Shown here in pieces: positions 57,775-64,000 of a stretch of 64,000 bases of DNA (positions within the stretch are counted from its first letter, which is position 1; each line of letters opens with the position of its first letter). The notes under the pieces are model-generated. The model worked only from the letters and a program-made list of their open reading frames with translations. It made no database searches and was not told the DNA's origin. Source of the stretch: Bacteroidota bacterium (GTDB lineage Bacteria; Bacteroidota; Bacteroidia; UBA7662; JAIXUI01); NCBI GenBank assembly GCA_027484125.1, contig JAIXUI010000120.1, positions 15,441-79,440 on the forward strand, read 5' to 3'. Position numbers and translations under genes: made by a program.

Positions 57775-60489
57775 TTAGCGTGGCCAAAGGCCTTTCAACC
57801 GTTTTTTTGCTTCTTCTTTGGCTTTCTCTTCAGCCTCTCTTTTCAAACGCTCAGCTTCTTCTTTTGCTTTTTGCTCTGCTTCCGCTTTTTTGCGTTCAGC
57901 TTCTCGCCTCACTCTATCCGTTTCTTGTTGGGCTTTTTGCTCCATTTCACGGCGTTTGTTCTCAAGATCTTGTTTGACCTTTTCAGCCTCCATTCTGGCT
58001 TTTTCTTCAAGCTCTTTCTTCTTTCTGTCGAGCTCTTCTTTTGCCTGATTTTTCAACTGGTCTGTCATGGAGCCAGCGGCTTGCTTCAGGTCTGTTTTAA
58101 TCTTTGGATCATCCACTGTTCCGGTGATAGACACTCTTACCGGAATCACATCGTTGAGGGTGATTTTCACGCCTAAAGCGTTGGCTTGATTCAAGAGTTG
58201 GTTCACAGACTCATTGGCTTGGCCGAGGCGGCTTCTTGGCACCGACATATCGGCTATATAGTCAATAGATTTATCGAAGCCATTAGAACCGGAGACTCTG
58301 GTACTGATTCCAGCCAATTTCATGTCGAAGGGAGAAACGAAAACACGACCGTTTTCAAACTCAAAGCTGAGGCTAACATCCTTCAACTGTAGCTCTTTCA
58401 ACTCCTTGATTCCCAACACATCGGATATTTTATTGGTAGGAGGATAACCACTTACGCCAGCCGTCTTCATTTTAAGCAAACCACCACCGGTTAACGTCAT
58501 CAAATCCGGGGTCATGTCTTCTTTAAGAAAACCGTCTAAATGAAACGCTGTTGTGAAGTTTCCGGTAACGTATGGAGCAACGGGTGCAATTTTCTCCAAT
58601 GAAACAAAGGTTTTGACGCATTGCTGCATGTCAAAATTCTGCATACTCAGGTCGAACTTGATTTCCGGTTTATTCTTGATTCTGGTGCTGTAAGTTCCTG
58701 TAGTTTGGATGCTTCCACCCAATAGGCCAAAGCTGAGGTCGTGGAATCCAAGTTGGCGCTCTTTGATTTTAAGATTACCTGTCAATTGGGAGAGCGTCAG
58801 GTTATCGTAAATCACCTTTCCAAGCGCTGCATTTAGGGTAAAGTCAATATTATCAGGCACTTCAATGATTTTGAGTGCCGTAGTTTCTGTAGCCTCAGGA
58901 GTTTCCTCGCTTGAATCTGCCTTGCTCATGAAAGCATTCAAATTCATCTCTTTGGATCTGAGGTTGAAAGTGCCTTTGAGTGGTTCGTTTTTCAGAAAGT
59001 AAAAGAGCAAATTGTCGATTGTACCATCAGCCTGCAAATCGCTGCCTGCAAGGGTACCGTTAAATTGTTCCAGTTTCACATGGGCAGGATTGAAAAGGAG
59101 CTTCATCCGATCGATTTGCATGCCTTGTGGGAAGGAGGCATTCTTAAAGTAGAAGTCGGCCATTTCGAGCATTCCTTTAAAGGTGAATGATTTGAAATCC
59201 TTCTTCTTAAGCGCGTTTACTTTTCCCTCCGCTTCTAAATCTGAACGAAACAATCCTTTCAAATCTTGGCCCTCAGGCATCGGATAAAAAGTTTTGACTT
59301 TGGAAAGGTCAAGTGAACAAATTAACCTAGCTACTAATGAAGGGTCGCTTACGGGCTTTGTCAAATCGAGAGAAAAATCGAGTGGGTTTCCTCCTAAATC
59401 TGCATGAAAACGTTTGAGATTAACTACGGTATTGTCAACGACTCCGTTCGGGTTGTTGACTAGCAAGTTGAAATAAACGTCTTTCACGGCAGCGGGAAGT
59501 GAAGGATATTGGAAAAATCCATTATCCACCGTCAGCCCTAACTGGAAGGCCGGAATCGACTTCTTCTCCGCATAGGTACCTTTAATACTGGTGCTGAACT
59601 TAAACGATCCACTGGTTTTTAAATCGCTGAATTTGTTGGAGTAAAGTGCCGGTATCAAAGAAAGCAAGTAACGAAACTCGGTTTGAGGGGTAGTAAAGTT
59701 CAAGTCCATGGCCATATCCTCGGGGTTCATTTGCAACCATCCGTTGAATAGCACCTTGAAATCGTTCAAACTAAACTCGTTCTTAGTGAAGGTAAACTTG
59801 GAGATTTTCCTGTCGATGCTTATAGGCACTTCCGCTTTTGCATGCAGGTTGTTGAGGTATTTGATTCCTTTGTAGGTAAGGGAGAAATCCTTGATTTCAG
59901 TTTTGGTGTTGAGAATAAATTGCTCCAGGTTGAAATCGCCAGAACCTTCGTGGCTTAGCCCTTGCAAATCGGCTTTCATTCCAGAAAGTTCACTAGAGTA
60001 CAGCAAATTGAGGTTTTCGATTTGGTACGATTCAATCTTGAAGCTGAAGGCTGAAGGAGCAGTGTCAACAGGTGCTACTGCCGCTGTATCTGGATAAGTG
60101 ATACGCCAGTTGGCGGTTGAATCCCGCAATTCCAATAGGTTGATGTTTCCTCCGCTTAGGCTGAACTTTCTGATGTTCAAATCTTCTCCTTTAATCACTT
60201 CCATCAGATTCATGGCGAGGCTCATGGAATTGAGCGAAAGAAGTGTATCAGACTTAAATTGCTCTTTACCCCAGAGTTTTACGTCTTCGACTTCCAGAGT
60301 CAACATGGGGAAGTTGGAAAAGAGGGACGCAGAAACATCCCCAATTTGAAGTTGGGCATTGATTTTTTTATTGACTTCTTCCAACAACCTGGCTTTAATC
60401 TGATCCTTGTAAAGGATAGGTACCACCAACGCCAACACAAGCAGGAGCAGAATAAAAGCTGACACCCCGAAGGCAATTTTCTTCAACAT
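57775..60489 (-). CDS. AsmA-like protein with charged helical C-terminal tail
   Basis: N-terminal TM anchor, AsmA-type beta-rich body and an E/K/A-rich repeat tail. Confidence 0.85.
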   Translation of the reverse strand: MLKKIAFGVSAFILLLLVLALVVPILYKDQIKARLLEEVNKKINAQLQIGDVSASLFSNFPMLTLEVEDVKLWGKEQFKSDTLLSLNSMSLAMNLMEVIKGEDLNIRKFSLSGGNINLLELRDSTANWRITYPDTAAVAPVDTAPSAFSFKIESYQIENLNLLYSSELSGMKADLQGLSHEGSGDFNLEQFILNTKTEIKDFSLTYKGIKYLNNLHAKAEVPISIDRKISKFTFTKNEFSLNDFKVLFNGWLQMNPEDMAMDLNFTTPQTEFRYLLSLIPALYSNKFSDLKTSGSFKFSTSIKGTYAEKKSIPAFQLGLTVDNGFFQYPSLPAAVKDVYFNLLVNNPNGVVDNTVVNLKRFHADLGGNPLDFSLDLTKPVSDPSLVARLICSLDLSKVKTFYPMPEGQDLKGLFRSDLEAEGKVNALKKKDFKSFTFKGMLEMADFYFKNASFPQGMQIDRMKLLFNPAHVKLEQFNGTLAGSDLQADGTIDNLLFYFLKNEPLKGTFNLRSKEMNLNAFMSKADSSEETPEATETTALKIIEVPDNIDFTLNAALGKVIYDNLTLSQLTGNLKIKERQLGFHDLSFGLLGGSIQTTGTYSTRIKNKPEIKFDLSMQNFDMQQCVKTFVSLEKIAPVAPYVTGNFTTAFHLDGFLKEDMTPDLMTLTGGGLLKMKTAGVSGYPPTNKISDVLGIKELKELQLKDVSLSFEFENGRVFVSPFDMKLAGISTRVSGSNGFDKSIDYIADMSVPRSRLGQANESVNQLLNQANALGVKITLNDVIPVRVSITGTVDDPKIKTDLKQAAGSMTDQLKNQAKEELDRKKKELEEKARMEAEKVKQDLENKRREMEQKAQQETDRVRREAERKKAEAEQKAKEEAERLKREAEEKAKEEAKKRLKGLWPR

Positions 60490-60562
60490 AACTTCAAAAG
60501 TTGTGTCAAATATCGCCGATAATCCGGCAGCATGTACGTAATAAGGAAGGATGTTGCTCGGA

Positions 60563-61117
60563 TTATATCCCGAAGTTGCCGTTTAAGCTGGTATCAACCA
60601 CCGATTTCATTTGGGGTAAAAGGCGAATAAACAACTCAGCAGCAGCTTTTACTTCGCCTTGAATGGTGCCTCCCTGCTGTTCTCCGCACCGAAAAGCATC
60701 GCCTTGAAGGCTTTTTCCACCTTGAAAAAATGATAGTTGATAGCTGCTATGTCCGACACAAGGGGCCTTGGGTTCTACCGTCTTCTGTTGTAATTGACAA
60801 TTGGAAAGCTTGAGCAAGAAAGCTTTCATGCTATCTCGATTAACTGAAGCGGTTGATTGCCAAAGTACTTGGTCAATTCTGAGGATTCTTCCGGTTGCAC
60901 TGTCACCTTTCACCACCACTTCCCACTTCCTCTGGAATTCCGGTGAAACGGGGCCGTTGCTGAAGCTAAAGTAAAGGGAATCGGGGTCACGACGTGAAAG
61001 GGAATCGATACTAGCCTGGCTTTCAGCTTCCTGGGCTGTTTCTTGGCCGCAACCAGCCATCAACATTAAGATAAATAGGCTAAGCGTGAGCTTCCAGCCA
61101 GTCAATTTCAAATACAT
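60563..61117 (-). CDS. Hypothetical lipoprotein
   Basis: Lipobox LMAG/C; overlaps the lipB 3' end by 38 nt. Confidence 0.65.
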   Translation of the reverse strand: MYLKLTGWKLTLSLFILMLMAGCGQETAQEAESQASIDSLSRRDPDSLYFSFSNGPVSPEFQRKWEVVVKGDSATGRILRIDQVLWQSTASVNRDSMKAFLLKLSNCQLQQKTVEPKAPCVGHSSYQLSFFQGGKSLQGDAFRCGEQQGGTIQGEVKAAAELFIRLLPQMKSVVDTSLNGNFGI

Positions 61118-61796
61118 CGGCGAAGTTTTGTTTAAATATCGATTTCAAGGTGGTCATATCCGGCGCTTCACCTAACTCTTTTTGCAAAGAAGTCACTTGT
61201 TTGTCTTTAATTCCGCAAGGTATCATTCGATCAAAAAAGGTTAAATCGGTGGTATTGTTTAAAGCCAGACCGTGCATGGTCACCCATCGGCTGGTTCTAA
61301 CGCCCATGGCGCAGATTTTTCTTGCTTGAGCTGAAATTTCGGGGGCTAACCATACGCCGGTAAAGCCTGGATAACGGTCGCCTTTAACGCCAAAATGTCC
61401 AATGGTTCTGATAACTGCCTCCTCCAACTGGCGCATATACCAATGAATGTCGGTTTTCATTTGCTCCAGGTCAAGAATGGGGTAAACCACCAGTTGTCCT
61501 GGTCCGTGAAAGGTGATGTCGCCACCACGGTTGATGTGAAAAAAGGAAACGCCGAGGCGTTTTTGCTCTTCTTCATCTATCAATAAATGACTGGCATCAC
61601 CACTTTTTCCCAAGGTATAAACAGGAGGATGCTCTACAAAAAGTACGTGATGACCAATCGATTGGGTTTGATCAGGGTTGAGCTTATTCCAACTTTTGAT
61701 TTCCAACTTCTCGCGAAAAAGCTGCTCCTGGTAATCCCAGCAAGCCGCATAATCCATCATGCCCAAATCGAGGAGCTTGACTGCCGGTTTACTCAC
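61080..61796 (-). CDS. lipB: Lipoyl(octanoyl) transferase
   Basis: EHPPVYTLG, RGGDITFHGPGQLVVYP, RKICAMGV, HGLALN, PCGI. Confidence 0.97.
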   Translation of the reverse strand: MSKPAVKLLDLGMMDYAACWDYQEQLFREKLEIKSWNKLNPDQTQSIGHHVLFVEHPPVYTLGKSGDASHLLIDEEEQKRLGVSFFHINRGGDITFHGPGQLVVYPILDLEQMKTDIHWYMRQLEEAVIRTIGHFGVKGDRYPGFTGVWLAPEISAQARKICAMGVRTSRWVTMHGLALNNTTDLTFFDRMIPCGIKDKQVTSLQKELGEAPDMTTLKSIFKQNFADVFEIDWLEAHA

Positions 61797-62775
61797 TGCA
61801 ATAAGCTTCCAGAATGGTTACCGACGGAGTAAGAGGTACCAGGGTATAATCTGCTTCGCTGGCAGGAATCAGGGCTGTTTCCCCTTTTTGCAGCCTGAGT
61901 GGTTCTGCATGATGGGCAATTTCGACGCTGCCTTCTACCACCACCAGCATCACAAAGGTGTCTTTAGATGCTAAATTACGCGAGGTAGCCTGGTCAATCT
62001 TAAGCCAGTTGGTGGTGAAATAGGGACCTTTGGCTAACTCAACCGGTTGATTAAGCGCTTGTTGATAGGCCTGTCGGTAGGTTGGGTAATGGTGGTAATC
62101 CAACGCAGCCAATGCTTGTTCGGTGTGAAGTTCACGTTTGTTGCCTTGGTCATCTACCCGATCGAAATCGTAAATCCGGTAGGTTACGTCTGAAGATTGC
62201 TGTATCTCAGCAAGCATCAATCCTTTCCCGATGGTATGCACCCTGCCTGCCGGAAGATAAAAACAGTCGCCGGCAGCGACTTCTTCTACGTTGAGGATGT
62301 CGTAAAGTTTCCCGCTTTCCAGCTTTTGCAGGTATAATTGCTCATTCACTTCCTGATTGAAGCCGGAGATAAGGGTAGCACCCGGATCTGCATCGAGGAT
62401 GTACCACATTTCTGTTTTCCCTAAAGAATTATGACGGGTTCTTGCAAGGGTATCATCCGGATGAACTTGGATGGAAAGGTCTTCGGCGGCGTCCAAAATT
62501 TTCAACAAGAGGGGGAACTCCATCCCATATTGGTTGAGGATTCGTCGGCCAAGTAATTCAGGGCCGAAAAGCACCATTAACTCGGTAAGCTTTCGCCCTT
62601 GAAAAGGACCATTGGCCACCACAGAAACTTTACCCGGAACGCCGGATATTTCCCAGCTTTCGCCACAGTTTGGCAACGGACTAAAATCCTTACCTAATAC
62701 CGTCTGAATTTTCTCCCCTCCCCAGATTTTCTCCAAGAAAATGGGGTGAAATCGCAGTGGATATAGTGCCTCCAT
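61789..62775 (-). CDS. manA: Type I mannose-6-phosphate isomerase
   Basis: EKIWGG, FPLLLKILDA, LSIQVHPDD, KTEMWY, PAGRVH, EIQQSSDVTYR. Confidence 0.93.
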   Translation of the reverse strand: MEALYPLRFHPIFLEKIWGGEKIQTVLGKDFSPLPNCGESWEISGVPGKVSVVANGPFQGRKLTELMVLFGPELLGRRILNQYGMEFPLLLKILDAAEDLSIQVHPDDTLARTRHNSLGKTEMWYILDADPGATLISGFNQEVNEQLYLQKLESGKLYDILNVEEVAAGDCFYLPAGRVHTIGKGLMLAEIQQSSDVTYRIYDFDRVDDQGNKRELHTEQALAALDYHHYPTYRQAYQQALNQPVELAKGPYFTTNWLKIDQATSRNLASKDTFVMLVVVEGSVEIAHHAEPLRLQKGETALIPASEADYTLVPLTPSVTILEAYCSE

Positions 62776-62776
62776 G

Positions 62777-64000
<1,224 letters not shown>

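Noticed and set aside
57763-58176. Phe/Leu/Ser-rich + strand ORFs (137, 69 and 76 aa)
   Set aside because: They are antisense shadows of the low-complexity E/K/A tail of the AsmA-like gene.

Overview
A 64 kb stretch of mostly core chromosome from a Bacteroidota bacterium, judged by TAnnTTTG (-7) promoters, missing Shine-Dalgarno motifs, T9SS C-terminal domains and the rpsU-xerC-hpf-tRNA-tuf order. It carries the tRNA-tuf-secE-nusG-rplKAJL-rpoBC cluster, tpiA-prmA-(1459 aa unknown)-plsY-clpS, tatC-rpiB-lutB-E1, acpP-fabF-rnc, pyk, dprA, a ComEA-like gene, an AsmA-like gene, lipB, manA and partial pgi. Non-routine elements: (1) the pspC-dprA intergenic region holds what looks like a complete sigma54-dependent small-RNA unit (three tandem 18-bp palindromic upstream sites, a GG-N10-GA -24/-12 promoter, about 58 nt of RNA starting with CAU, and a + strand terminator with no + strand CDS to terminate); (2) an AT-rich pair of TPR membrane-sensor-like genes, one with a degenerate histidine-kinase module and one ending inside the neighbouring gene's terminator; (3) an 1860 aa modular T9SS cargo protein; (4) a large internally repeated beta-rich secreted protein just upstream of plsY; (5) a Tat-signal Mn-type SOD coupled to a TonB-dependent receptor. 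No CRISPR array, IS element or prophage was seen. All calls come from motif recognition by eye; no database search was run.
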